Notes: generated by a model from the letters alone, not told the origin. Counted from the stretch's first letter, positions 1 to 9,616 are shown. The stretch is 64,000 bases of DNA from an uncultured Paracoccus sp. (GCF_937873615.1 NZ_CALMYP010000065.1:97542-161541), one strand, 5' to 3'. Translations and numbers: made by a program.

Positions 1-2
1 CC

Positions 3-1337
3 GTCTATTACGTCGAAATGGCCCCCATCGGCCCGCAGATGCCCGTGTTTTCGCTGATGCCCGCCGCCGGCGATGTCGACATCATGATCACCGCCGAAAT
101 GATGGAGGCCGGGCGCGCCATCATCCGCGGCTTTGTCACCCCCGACCGGACCGTGCTGATCACCTCGTCGCATCGGGCACTGGCAGTTTCGGAAAAGATG
201 GTGCCGGGCGACGGCATCGCCTCCAGCGCCGAGGTTCTGGCAGCGGCCGAGATCGCTGCCCGCCGGTTGATCTGCGCGGATTTCGACCGGCTGGCGGTGG
301 AAAACGGCTCGGTCATCTCGGCGACGCTGTTCGGGGCGCTTGCCGGCTCGGGCGCGCTGCCATTCGACCGCACCGCCTTCGAGGAAGCCATCCGCGCCGG
401 CGGCAAGGGGGTGGAACCGAGCCTGCGGGCCTTTGCCGCCGGTCACGATCTGGCAGTCGGCGGCGCAGCACCGCAGCCGGATCGTCCCGAGGCAACGGCA
501 ACCGAGATCAGCGGCCCGGAAGAATTGCTGCAGGAATGGCGCGCCTTGACCGCACGCGCCGCCAGTCTACCAGCCGCCGCGCAGGAGATGGCCTTGGCCG
601 GACTGCGCAAGACCGTCGATTTTCAGGATGCGGCTTATGGCGCGGAATACCTGACCCATGTCGAAAGCCTCGCGCAACTGGGCAATGACGACCTGACCCG
701 CGAGGCCGCGAAATACATCGCCAATGCCATGGCTTATGACGACATCATCCGCGTCGCCGATGCCAAGACCCGCGACGGGCGCGAGGCCCGGATCTCGCGC
801 GAGATGCGCCTGCAGGATGGCCAGATCATGCAGGTGACCGAGTTCCTGCATCCGAGAGCCGAGGAGATCGTCTCGCTTCTTCCCGCGCGGATGGGCGCAC
901 GCTGGCAACAGAACCCAGGCCGGATGAAACTGATCGACCGGCTGTTCAATCGTGGCCGCCGCATCCGCAGCGACGGCATCTTCGGCTTCGGGCTGCTCTA
1001 TCTGCTGGGCGGGGCGAAGTCGTGGCGACGCCGGACCCTGCGCCATGCCGAGGAGACGGCGCATCTGCAAAGCTGGCTGACCAAGGTCCGCGAAGCCGCC
1101 GGGCGCGATGCGGGTCTGGCCATCGAATTGCTGCGCTGCCAGCGCCTCATCAAGGGCTATTCCGACACCCATGCGCGCGGTCAGTCGAAATTCGCCCGGG
1201 TGATGGGTGGCGCCGATCTGGTTCAGGACCGGGCCGACGCCGCCGACTGGGTCCGGCGCCTGCGCGAGGCGGCGCTTCAGGACGAGAAGGGCGAGGCGCT
1301 CGACGGGGCGCTGGAAACGGTTCGCAGCTTCGCCTGA
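3..1337 (+). CDS. Indolepyruvate oxidoreductase subunit beta family protein (IorB-like, with C-terminal extension); 5' end lies before the window
   Basis: Frame is open from base 3 (VYYVEMAPIGPQMPVFSLMPAAGDVDIMITAEMMEAGRAIIRGFVTPDRT). This matches the IorB-family pattern PVFALMP.PGDVD...AE.MEAGRA..RG.VTPDRT; later motifs include MAYDDIIRVAD and IKGYSDTH.RG. Confidence 0.8.
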   Translation, partial: VYYVEMAPIGPQMPVFSLMPAAGDVDIMITAEMMEAGRAIIRGFVTPDRTVLITSSHRALAVSEKMVPGDGIASSAEVLAAAEIAARRLICADFDRLAVENGSVISATLFGALAGSGALPFDRTAFEEAIRAGGKGVEPSLRAFAAGHDLAVGGAAPQPDRPEATATEISGPEELLQEWRALTARAASLPAAAQEMALAGLRKTVDFQDAAYGAEYLTHVESLAQLGNDDLTREAAKYIANAMAYDDIIRVADAKTRDGREARISREMRLQDGQIMQVTEFLHPRAEEIVSLLPARMGARWQQNPGRMKLIDRLFNRGRRIRSDGIFGFGLLYLLGGAKSWRRRTLRHAEETAHLQSWLTKVREAAGRDAGLAIELLRCQRLIKGYSDTHARGQSKFARVMGGADLVQDRADAADWVRRLREAALQDEKGEALDGALETVRSFA

Positions 1338-1344
1338 TCCGCGC

Positions 1345-1863
1345 TCAGCCTGTCGGAGAAGTCAGGCTGTCGCGCAGCCGGCGCAGCATGTCACGCATCC
1401 GGTCCAGGTCCTCATCATCGAGGACCGCGAAAAGATCCCCGACCATTTCCAGATGCTCGGCGGCAAGCACCTCGAAGAAGGCCGCCCCGTCCTCGGTCAG
1501 CCGGACCGAGACCCGGCGGCGATCCTCGTCCGAGAGCAGCCGCTCGACCATGCCATCCTGGACCAGACGGTTGACCACGGCGGTCGCGTTTCCGTTCGAG
1601 ATCAGCAACATGCGCGAAAGTTCCGTCATGGTCAGCCCGTCGCGGCGACGGTGCAGCATGGCCATGACATCGAAACGCGGCAGGGTCGTGTCATGGCTGA
1701 CACGCAGGAACTCGCGCAGCCGGCCTTCGACCTGACGGGTCACGCCCAGCATCCGGATCCATAGCCTCAGCCGGCGCATGGCCAGCGGATCGCTGACCGG
1801 ATCGTTTCGGACCGGCCTTGCGGTTTCAGGGGCGACCGGTTCCGCGCTCCGCTCTGATGTCAT
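1345..1863 (-). CDS. MarR-family transcriptional regulator, of the subtype usually found in salicylyl-/anthraniloyl-CoA hydroxylase clusters
   Basis: LRLWIRML...TTLPRFDVMAML...GLTMTELSRMLLISNGNATAVVNRL...DRR winged helix; last gene on the Rieske operon strand. Confidence 0.88.
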   Translation of the reverse strand: MTSERSAEPVAPETARPVRNDPVSDPLAMRRLRLWIRMLGVTRQVEGRLREFLRVSHDTTLPRFDVMAMLHRRRDGLTMTELSRMLLISNGNATAVVNRLVQDGMVERLLSDEDRRRVSVRLTEDGAAFFEVLAAEHLEMVGDLFAVLDDEDLDRMRDMLRRLRDSLTSPTG

Positions 1864-1942
1864 CTGAATCCGTCCATGGCCGAAAATGCTTTGAGGACGA
1901 ATATTTCAGATTGTGCGCATTTTATCCAGCCGTGAGGTTGCG

Positions 1943-2662
1943 TCAGATCGGCACAGTTCCGATGCTGGCGCCACCGCAGACGAACAGCGTCTGGCCGGTG
2001 ATAAAGCCGGCCTCTGGTTCGGCCAGGAACATGAAGGCGCGGGTCACATCCTCGACCCTGCCCAGCCGACCGACCGGGATGCGGCGCGAGAGGTCTTCCT
2101 CCTGCGCGCTGCCCTTCGGCACGATGCCCCAGAAATTGTCGGTCAGGATCGGGCCGGGGGCGACCACGTTCACGGTGATGCCATGCTCGGCCAGTTCCAG
2201 CGCCCAGGTCCGGGCCATGCCGATCATCCCTGCCTTGGACGCCGAATAGGCCGTCCGCGTCTTCGCCCCAAGCGCCGCTCGCGAGGCGTTGAACAGGATC
2301 CGCCCGAAGCCCCGCGCCTTCATCGCCGGCAGAAACGCCTGCGTCAGCGCCAGTGCCGAGCCGAGGTGAAGCTGGGTCAGCGCCAGCATATCGGCGGGCC
2401 GGGCATCCTCGATCAGGTTGGGCAGGATGATGCCCGCATTCTGGACGAAATGCGTGACCTCATGCCGGGCGGCGATATCGGCCCCGGCCTTCTCGACGGC
2501 ATCGGGGTCGGACAGATCGCAGATGAGATGTTCCACATCTGCCGCCTCGCCCGGATGGCGCGCCAGCGACACCACATGCCAGCCGCGCGCTACCATCGCC
2601 GCCGCCAGATCGGCGCCGATCCCCTTGTTGCCGCCGGTGATGACGGCGGTGTAGCCGCTCAT
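1943..2662 (-). CDS. Short-chain dehydrogenase/reductase (SDR)
   Basis: TGGNKGIG Rossmann motif, NAG, YSASK catalytic motif, NVVAPG. Start moved to the ATG at 2662, which overlaps the upstream TGA (ATGA). Confidence 0.9.
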   Translation of the reverse strand: MSGYTAVITGGNKGIGADLAAAMVARGWHVVSLARHPGEAADVEHLICDLSDPDAVEKAGADIAARHEVTHFVQNAGIILPNLIEDARPADMLALTQLHLGSALALTQAFLPAMKARGFGRILFNASRAALGAKTRTAYSASKAGMIGMARTWALELAEHGITVNVVAPGPILTDNFWGIVPKGSAQEEDLSRRIPVGRLGRVEDVTRAFMFLAEPEAGFITGQTLFVCGGASIGTVPI

Positions 2663-3126
2663 GGCAGCAACTGGATATTGCCGAAAGCGGCGTCGCAATT
2701 GAGGATGTCGACGCGCTTGCCGGCGATGCGGATGCCCTCAGGCGTGGCCTTCAGATCGTGGGTCACGGTCAGCGCCAGCAATTGCTGTTCGTCGAGCCGC
2801 GTTTCCACATAATGCATCTTGGTCGCAACACGGGCGCTGTCCTCGGTCAGTTCCAGGATCCGGGGCCGGTTCAGCACATGGTGACAGCGGCTTTTCGGCT
2901 TCTGGCTGAAGGTGCGCGCACCGTGCAGGCGTTCGATCCGCAAGCGCAGCATGAAATTGTCCTCATGCAGCAGCGAGGTTTCATTCACCGGATCCTGCTG
3001 GTTCCAGTTCAGCGGCATCCAGTAGACCGCATTCGGCAGCCAGAGGTTCAGCCAGTCGTGATACTGACCCTCGTCCAGCATCCAGGCCTCGTCATGGATG
3101 AAGTCGATCACCTCGTCCCGGTTCAT
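2659..3126 (-). CDS. Aromatic ring-hydroxylating oxygenase, beta subunit
   Basis: FIHDEAWMLDEGQYHDWLNLW...YWMP...LRIERL...KRVDILNCD; overlaps the alpha-subunit stop by 4 bp. Confidence 0.9.
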   Translation of the reverse strand: MNRDEVIDFIHDEAWMLDEGQYHDWLNLWLPNAVYWMPLNWNQQDPVNETSLLHEDNFMLRLRIERLHGARTFSQKPKSRCHHVLNRPRILELTEDSARVATKMHYVETRLDEQQLLALTVTHDLKATPEGIRIAGKRVDILNCDAAFGNIQLLP

Positions 3127-4442
3127 GCCGCACCCCCGATCATGAAGCGCTTCCAGGCATCGAACTGGTTGCGCATCTGGCGTTCCGTGGTGCCGTTCAG
3201 CACCGCCTCCTCCGAAAAGTCCTCACCGTCTTCATAGAGCCGCTGGATATTCACCCATTCCAGCCCGTCGGCCATCAGCCCTTCCTGCGCACGCTCATAC
3301 ATCTCCAGGTCGTCATGGCCGACCATCGAGGTGGGCGCATTGATCATCCGGTTATACATCGCCGTGCGCGCGGTCAGCTCCGAGGGCGCCCCGTCGAGTG
3401 CGAAGATCCAGCTTTCCACCAGCGTCTTGTCGGGGCCGAGCGGGATGAAGTTCCGCAATTGCTGGATCGGTCCCTTGATCATGATATTGGGGAAATAGAC
3501 GGTATTGTGCCGGTTCTCGCCCAGAATCGCATTCGCGCGTTCCTCGCCATAAGCGGCGACCATGGCGTCAAGATAGCCGGGGATGTCGGAATAGGCGGAA
3601 TGGATCGAGTGATGCACCCCCGTATGTCCGTGACCATTGGGCCAGGTGCGGATGCCCATATTCTCGAAGAACTCATAGGGCGACATGAAGGGGGCGATGA
3701 TCTCCATCGCCGCGGGCGTGGGCGTGCCCTCGGGCTTCTCCATCTCCTCCCAGATCTTCACGGCGGTGCCGGCGCTGGATTCATGGGCGACCATCGGGTG
3801 GCAGGTGTCGGTCTGGTTCTCGACCAGCATCTTCCAGTTGCACTTGTGCATATAGCGCAGGGGGGCGCCGGCCACGGTCAGTTTCCCCTCGGGAGAGCGA
3901 TCGACCATATTGTCGAGCGACGAGAGGGAATCGCCGAAGAATTCCTCGAAACCGATGCCCTCGGGCGCCAGCCGGGCGAAGATGAAACCGCGATAATTCA
4001 TCATCGCGCCGACCGGGGCGAGGCCATGCGATGCCTCGGTCTCCTCCAACCCCGTGCCCTCGTAACCCTTCTTCAGCGGGATCGCGAGCAGGCAGCCATC
4101 GGTCTTGAAGGACCAGGCGTGATAGGGGCAGCGGAAGAACTTTCCGGTATTGCCGGCCTTGTCGATGACGATCTTGGTGCCCTTGTGCGGGCAGCGGTTA
4201 TAAAGAACGTGAATCTCGTTATCGGTATGGCGCACCATCAGCAAAGGCTGGTCGCCGATCTGGGCGGTGATGTAATCGCCCTTGTTCGGGGTCTGGCTGT
4301 CATGGCCGATATAGACCCAGACATTGCGGAACAGGTGCCGCATCTCCAGCGCATAGACCTCGGGGCTGGTATAGACATCGCGATGCACCTGCTGCGGTCG
4401 GATCAGGGCATCGACGCGGGATTTCAGGTCGGCTTCGGTCAT
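3123..4442 (-). CDS. Rieske aromatic ring-hydroxylating oxygenase, alpha subunit
   Basis: Rieske ligands CPHKG...CPYHAW; mononuclear Fe motif ENQTDTCHPMVAH; distal DDLEMYE. Confidence 0.93.
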   Translation of the reverse strand: MTEADLKSRVDALIRPQQVHRDVYTSPEVYALEMRHLFRNVWVYIGHDSQTPNKGDYITAQIGDQPLLMVRHTDNEIHVLYNRCPHKGTKIVIDKAGNTGKFFRCPYHAWSFKTDGCLLAIPLKKGYEGTGLEETEASHGLAPVGAMMNYRGFIFARLAPEGIGFEEFFGDSLSSLDNMVDRSPEGKLTVAGAPLRYMHKCNWKMLVENQTDTCHPMVAHESSAGTAVKIWEEMEKPEGTPTPAAMEIIAPFMSPYEFFENMGIRTWPNGHGHTGVHHSIHSAYSDIPGYLDAMVAAYGEERANAILGENRHNTVYFPNIMIKGPIQQLRNFIPLGPDKTLVESWIFALDGAPSELTARTAMYNRMINAPTSMVGHDDLEMYERAQEGLMADGLEWVNIQRLYEDGEDFSEEAVLNGTTERQMRNQFDAWKRFMIGGAA

Positions 4443-4452
4443 GGCTTACTCC

Positions 4453-5418
4453 TTACAGGTCAAGCTTGAGACGGTCGGACAGCGCGCGGCTCACGCAGAT
4501 CTGCATGACCTTGCCGGAGTCGCGCTCTTCCTTCGACAGCACCACGTCGCGGTGATCGGGCGTGCCTTCCAGCACATCGGTCTGGCAGATGCCGCAATCG
4601 CCGCGCTGGCAGTCATAGACCAGGTCCACACCGGCGGCTTCCAGCGCCTCGATGATGGTCTGGTCGGCGGGGACGGTAATGACCTGCCCGGTCGAGGCGA
4701 TCTCGACTTCGAAGGGCCGGTCGCCGGCCTCGTGAGAGGTATTCTCGAACAGTTCGGCATGGAACTGTGCATCCGCGCGGCCAGCGGCTTCCATCGCGGC
4801 GCGGGTGGCATCGATCATCGGCTTCGGGCCGCAGACATAGACATGGGCGGCAGGGTCGGCCTTGGCAATCAGTTCTGCCACCGGGACCGGGCCGCCGGCC
4901 TGATCGTCGTGATGAAGCTGAATGCGCGCGCCATGGGCCGCGACCAGCCGGTCGGCAAAGGCCGCAGCGGCAGGGGAGCGGCTGGCATAAACCATGCGGA
5001 AGTCACGCCCACGGGCCGTAAGCGCCGAAGCCATGGCAATGAGCGGCGTCACCCCGATGCCACCGGCCAGAAGCAGAACCGGCCCCTGCCCATCGTCCAG
5101 CGGAAAATGGTTCTTCGGCCCGGTCGCATCGAGCCGGTCGCCCGCCTGCAAACCGTGCATGAAGCGAGAGCCGCCATTGCCCGCATCCTCCCGTCGGACC
5201 CCGAGCAGATAGGCGGCGGGCGCTGCCGCATCCCCCGCGAAATCGATCAGCGAATAGGCGTTATGCCCACCTTCCGGTAACGTCACCTCGATATGCGCGC
5301 CAGCCTCGAACGGGGGCAGCGGCGCCCCGTCGGGTCGGACCAGTTCGATTTCCCGGATCAGCTCTCCGACCTCGTCGGTGCGCCGGACGATCAGCGTCAA
5401 ATCGGTCAATGCCTTCAT
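4453..5418 (-). CDS. PDR/VanB-family FMN/[2Fe-2S] oxygenase reductase
   Basis: GAHIEV, NAYSL, GGSRFMH, AGGIGVTP, YVCGP, and C-terminal ferredoxin CQRGDCGIC...CVS. Confidence 0.92.
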   Translation of the reverse strand: MKALTDLTLIVRRTDEVGELIREIELVRPDGAPLPPFEAGAHIEVTLPEGGHNAYSLIDFAGDAAAPAAYLLGVRREDAGNGGSRFMHGLQAGDRLDATGPKNHFPLDDGQGPVLLLAGGIGVTPLIAMASALTARGRDFRMVYASRSPAAAAFADRLVAAHGARIQLHHDDQAGGPVPVAELIAKADPAAHVYVCGPKPMIDATRAAMEAAGRADAQFHAELFENTSHEAGDRPFEVEIASTGQVITVPADQTIIEALEAAGVDLVYDCQRGDCGICQTDVLEGTPDHRDVVLSKEERDSGKVMQICVSRALSDRLKLDL

Positions 5419-5475
5419 CCCTGCTGGGCGTGGGTTATGGGAAAACTATCCGCCAAGGATGGGCCGCCCGTCAAG

Positions 5476-5504
5476 TTTTAAGTTTGAAATAGTGAAAATT
5501 CATA
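5476..5504. promoter_or_regulatory. AT-rich composite operator, copy 1 (TTTTAAGTTTGAAATAGTGAAAATTCATA)
   Basis: 24/29 identical to 6241-6269. Lies next to a minus-strand TTGACG-N18-GATAGT promoter candidate (5474-5445) for the Rieske operon. Confidence 0.6.
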
Positions 5505-5592
5505 CAAATTGGCTCGCGGTGAATATGTTTGGCGGCAGCCCGGGACCGGCTTAGTCTGTCCTGCACAAGGCAGGATCGCAGGGACGGAACGC

Positions 5593-6225
5593 ATGCCCGA
5601 CAACATTGATTTCAAACAGCTTGAGAACCTGGCCACGGCACTTCTGGCAAAGCCGGGGCCGGGCCGGCAGATCATTGCCATTACCGGCGCGCCGGGTTCC
5701 GGAAAGTCTACATTGGTGGAACGGCTGGCCGATACACTCGGCATGGATGCTGCCATTCTGCCCATGGACGGCTTCCATTACGACGATGCCGTGCTGGAAC
5801 AGATGGGACGTCGTCCATGGAAAGGCGCGCCCGATACCTATGACGTCGGCGGCTTGCGTAACATCCTTGCCCGCCTGCGCAATCCGGACGAAGGCGCGGT
5901 CGCCGTCCCGGTCTTCGATCGCGATCTTGAGATTTCGCGTGGCAGCGCCCGAATCATCGGCCCGGACGCCCGCCTGATTCTGGTTGAGGGCAATTATCTG
6001 CTGCTCAACATCGATCCCTGGCCCAGCCTGAGGCCTGCCTTCGACCTTACCATTCGTATCGAGGTTCCAGAACCAGAGCTGCGCCGGCGCCTGACCCGCC
6101 GCTGGCAAAGCTATGGCCTTACCGAAGCCGAGATCGCCTTCAAACTCGACAAGAACGACCTGCCAAACGGGCATATGGTCGTCAGCAACAGCGCCGCGCC
6201 TGACCATCTGATGCATGTCAAATAA
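5593..6225 (+). CDS. P-loop kinase of the YggC/FrcK (pantothenate/uridine kinase-like) family
   Basis: Walker A GAPGSGKST, LPMDGFHY, RKGAP.T.D-like segment, VEGNYLLL. Start placed at ATG 5593. Confidence 0.8.
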   Translation: MPDNIDFKQLENLATALLAKPGPGRQIIAITGAPGSGKSTLVERLADTLGMDAAILPMDGFHYDDAVLEQMGRRPWKGAPDTYDVGGLRNILARLRNPDEGAVAVPVFDRDLEISRGSARIIGPDARLILVEGNYLLLNIDPWPSLRPAFDLTIRIEVPEPELRRRLTRRWQSYGLTEAEIAFKLDKNDLPNGHMVVSNSAAPDHLMHVK

Positions 6226-6240
6226 GCATCTTCCGTATTT

Positions 6241-6269
6241 ATTTGAATTTAAAATAGTGAATATTCATA
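6241..6269. promoter_or_regulatory. AT-rich composite operator, copy 2 (ATTTGAATTTAAAATAGTGAATATTCATA)
   Basis: Contains the perfect palindrome TGAATATTCA (6258-6267); upstream of the TRAP operon; 24/29 match to 5476-5504. Confidence 0.6.
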
Positions 6270-6343
6270 TTTTTCTTGCCTGAAATATTCGCAGGTGGCA
6301 GGCTGGAATGGAGAATCGCAGCAAATCGCCACGGGAGAAAGAC

Positions 6344-7363
6344 ATGCGACTGACAGGGAAGTTCGTTCTGCCAAGCCTGCTGGCACTGGCCTTCGCGGCC
6401 GGCGCCAGTGCTCAGGAAACCACATTGCGGCTGTCGAACTGGCTGCCGCCCTCGCATCCCGTGGTGAAGGACATCATGGTCCCCTGGGCCGAGCAGGTGG
6501 CTGAGGCGACCGAAGGTCGCGTCGCCGTGCAGATCCTCGACGCACCGCTGGGCCCGCCGCCGGCGCATTTCGACCTCGTCGCCAGCGGCGCAGCCGATAT
6601 CGGTTTCTCGGCCCACAGCTATACGCCCGGCCGCTTCACCCTGACCGAGATCGCCGAGCTGCCCTTTCTGACGCCCAGCTCCGAGGCCAATTCGCTGGCG
6701 CTCTGGAATGTCTGGACCGAGATGCTGGCCGAGAAGAACGAACATGCCGGCGTCAAGGTGCTGGCGCTGTTCGGACATGGGCCGGGGCACCTCTTCACCA
6801 CCGACCGCGCAGTGACGCCGCTGAGCGAGTTGAGCGGCGCCAAGATCCGCGTCGCCGGTGCGATCACCGACCAGCTGGTGCAGGGCTTGGGCATGGTCTC
6901 GGTTCAGGCGCCGTCTTCGGAAAGCTATGAACTGCTGTCGAACGGGGTCGCGGACGGGATCGTCTTCCCTTACGAATCCGTCCCCTTCTTCCGGCTTGAC
7001 GACGTGGTCAAGAACGGCCTCCGGGTCGAGGGCGGGATGTATAACGTGTCCTTCTTCTTCGTCATGAACCAGGCCCGTTTCGACAGCCTGTCCGAGGCAG
7101 ACCGCGCCGCCATCGACAAGGTCTCGGGCGAGGCCCTGGTGCGCATGGCCGGCAAGGCCTGGGACGCGGCGGATGCCGCCGGACTGGCGGCACTGGAAGG
7201 CAAGGTCAGTTTCCACGACGCCACCCCCGAGGAACACGCCGTGATCGAGGAAGACGCAAAGGCGATCTATGACCGCGTTGCCCAGGGCTACGCCGCCAAG
7301 GGCGTGGATTTCGAGGCTGCGCTGGCAATGTTCCGTGACGAGCTTGGCAAGGCCGGGCAGTGA
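6344..7363 (+). CDS. TRAP transporter substrate-binding protein (DctP family, aromatic-acid type)
   Basis: Signal peptide ending ASA-QE; LRLSNWLPPSHP; GAKIRV with the conserved Arg; GGAG RBS before ATG 6344. Confidence 0.9.
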   Translation: MRLTGKFVLPSLLALAFAAGASAQETTLRLSNWLPPSHPVVKDIMVPWAEQVAEATEGRVAVQILDAPLGPPPAHFDLVASGAADIGFSAHSYTPGRFTLTEIAELPFLTPSSEANSLALWNVWTEMLAEKNEHAGVKVLALFGHGPGHLFTTDRAVTPLSELSGAKIRVAGAITDQLVQGLGMVSVQAPSSESYELLSNGVADGIVFPYESVPFFRLDDVVKNGLRVEGGMYNVSFFFVMNQARFDSLSEADRAAIDKVSGEALVRMAGKAWDAADAAGLAALEGKVSFHDATPEEHAVIEEDAKAIYDRVAQGYAAKGVDFEAALAMFRDELGKAGQ

Positions 7364-7839
7364 GGATCGAAAAGCTGCGGATGCGGGTCCGCACCGTCTC
7401 GGCCATCATCCTCGGGGTGATGCTGGTGGCGCTGACCTGCATCACGGTTCTCGATGTGGTCGGGCGCTACCTTTTCAACGCGCCGCTGTCCGGCGGGACC
7501 GAACTGACCGAGCTTCTGGTCATGGGCGTCATCTTCGCCGGCCTGCCGGCGATCAGCCTCGATGACGGCCATGTCACCGCCGACCTGCTGTCACAGAACC
7601 TCAGCCGGCGCGGGCGGACGATCCAGTTGTTCCTGGCCCGGCTTTGCGCGGTCATCGCGCTGTCGCTGGTGACGATGGAGATGTGGAAGCACGGCGCCCG
7701 GTTGAGCAGCTACAACCAGACCACAGTCTTCCTGCACATCCCGGTCGGGCTGATGGTGCAGGCTGCGGCGGCGATCTGCGGGTTGTCGACGCTCATCGTG
7801 GCGGTGCTGGCGCTGACCCGTGCCCCGCATGGCAATTAA
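7360..7839 (+). CDS. TRAP transporter small permease (DctQ)
   Basis: Four hydrophobic segments, DVVGRYLFNAPL, GHVTADLL; overlaps the dctP stop. Confidence 0.88.
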   Translation: MRIEKLRMRVRTVSAIILGVMLVALTCITVLDVVGRYLFNAPLSGGTELTELLVMGVIFAGLPAISLDDGHVTADLLSQNLSRRGRTIQLFLARLCAVIALSLVTMEMWKHGARLSSYNQTTVFLHIPVGLMVQAAAAICGLSTLIVAVLALTRAPHGN

Positions 7840-7855
7840 CGCATAAAGGGCGATC

Positions 7856-9142
7856 ATGGATTGGCCGATCGGAACTGCGATACTTTTCGCCATGCTCTTT
7901 GTCGGCGTGCCTATCGGCTTTGCGCTGACCTTGGTGGGCTTTGCCGGCGTGGCCAGCATCATCGGCATCAACCCGGCACTGGCAATGATCGGGCAAGTCT
8001 ATTCCGACAGCGGCCGCAGTTATACGCTGTCGGTGGTGCCGTTGTTCCTGCTGATGGGCAACATGATCGTGCAATCCAAGATTGCCGACGAGATCTATGA
8101 CGCCGCCAATGCCTGGTTGCGCCACCGCAAGGGCGGGCTGGCCATGGCCACCATCGTCGCCTGCGGCGGCTTCGGTTCGGTCTGCGGATCGTCGCTCGCC
8201 ACCGCCGCGACCATGGGCAAGATCGCCCTGCCAGCGATGCGCCGCCACGGCTATTCCGACCGGCTGGCGACCGGATCCATCGCGGCGGGTGGCACGCTTG
8301 GCATCATCATCCCGCCTTCGGTGATCCTGGTCATCTATGGCATCCTGACCCAGCAGGATATCGGCAAGCTGTTTCTGGCCGGGATCGTGCCGGGGCTGAT
8401 GGGGATCGTCGGTTACATGCTGGCGGTCCGGCTGTCGTTGTTCCTCCACCCTGAGCCGCTGGCGCCCCTGCCCCGGCTCAGCCTCATCGCCCGGATTCAC
8501 GCCACCCGAGGCGTCGCCCCGGCACTGGCGCTTTTCGCCTTCGTGCTGGGCGGGATCTATCTTGGCATCTTCACCGCGACCGAGGCCGCCGGCATGGGCG
8601 CAGGCGCCTCGATCCTGCTGACGGCGCTGCGCGGGCGGCTGACCTGGCGGGCGACGCTGGAAACGCTGTTCGACACTGGCAAGACCACGGCGGTGATGTT
8701 CTTCGTCCTGTTCGGGGCGCTCTATTTCCTGAACTACGTCAACCTCTCGGGGCTGTCGACCGATATCCGGGGTTGGGTGCTGGGGCTCGACCTGCCGCCC
8801 GTCGGCGTGATCCTGATGATCATGCTGATGCTGCTGGTTCTGGGCAGCCTGCTGGAAAGCCTGTCGATGGTCATGCTGATCACGCCGATCCTGTTTCCCA
8901 TCGTCACCGCGCTTGGCTTCGATCCGATCTGGTTCGGGGTCTTTCTGGTCGTCGCGACCGAGCTGAGCTATATCACCCCGCCCATGGGCATGAACGTCTT
9001 CGTGCTGCGGGTCGTCGCCCGCGACGTGCCCATCGGTGAAATCTTCCGGGGCGTGGTTCCCTTCGTGCTTCTGGATGTGTTACGGCTGCTTCTGCTGATC
9101 GGTTTCCCCATTCTGGTCCTGCTGATCCCCAACGCGATGTAG
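7856..9142 (+). CDS. TRAP transporter large permease (DctM)
   Basis: GSIAAGGTLGIIIPPS, TATEAA, ITPPMGMN motifs; highly hydrophobic. Confidence 0.92.
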   Translation: MDWPIGTAILFAMLFVGVPIGFALTLVGFAGVASIIGINPALAMIGQVYSDSGRSYTLSVVPLFLLMGNMIVQSKIADEIYDAANAWLRHRKGGLAMATIVACGGFGSVCGSSLATAATMGKIALPAMRRHGYSDRLATGSIAAGGTLGIIIPPSVILVIYGILTQQDIGKLFLAGIVPGLMGIVGYMLAVRLSLFLHPEPLAPLPRLSLIARIHATRGVAPALALFAFVLGGIYLGIFTATEAAGMGAGASILLTALRGRLTWRATLETLFDTGKTTAVMFFVLFGALYFLNYVNLSGLSTDIRGWVLGLDLPPVGVILMIMLMLLVLGSLLESLSMVMLITPILFPIVTALGFDPIWFGVFLVVATELSYITPPMGMNVFVLRVVARDVPIGEIFRGVVPFVLLDVLRLLLLIGFPILVLLIPNAM

Positions 9143-9151
9143 AGGCCACCC

Positions 9152-9604
9152 TTGCCGGATCCCGACACAGCCCATCCCGGCTTTCTCGAAAACTACACCC
9201 TGTTCCTGATGGCCGTCGCCAGTGCCCAGGTCAGCCGCAGCTTTCACGAGATTGCCGCCGCGCAGGGCCTTTCCGTCGCCGAATGGCGGGTGCTGGCCTG
9301 CCTGCACGATCTGGGCAGCGCCAGCGTGTCGGAGCTGGCGCGGCTGTCGCTGCTGGAACAGTCGCGGCTGACCCATTTGATCGGCCGCATCCAGAACCGC
9401 GGGCTGGTCCTGCGTCAGCGCAGCAACCGGAACCGGCGCAGCGTGCTGGTTCGACTGACCGACGAGGGGGCGAGACTGGCCGCCGATCTGGTCGCCCAGG
9501 CCAAGGCGCACGAGAGGCAGGCGGTCACCGACAAGCTCGGCCGTGCCGATACCGAGAAGCTGCACGAGATCCTGCGCAAGCTGATCGGGCATCCGCCGGT
9601 CTGA
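9152..9604 (+). CDS. MarR-family transcriptional regulator
   Basis: GLSVAEWRVLACL...VSELARLSLLEQSRLTHLIGR...NRRSVLVRLT. Confidence 0.88.
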   Translation: MPDPDTAHPGFLENYTLFLMAVASAQVSRSFHEIAAAQGLSVAEWRVLACLHDLGSASVSELARLSLLEQSRLTHLIGRIQNRGLVLRQRSNRNRRSVLVRLTDEGARLAADLVAQAKAHERQAVTDKLGRADTEKLHEILRKLIGHPPV

Positions 9605-9616
9605 CGAAGGCCCCGA

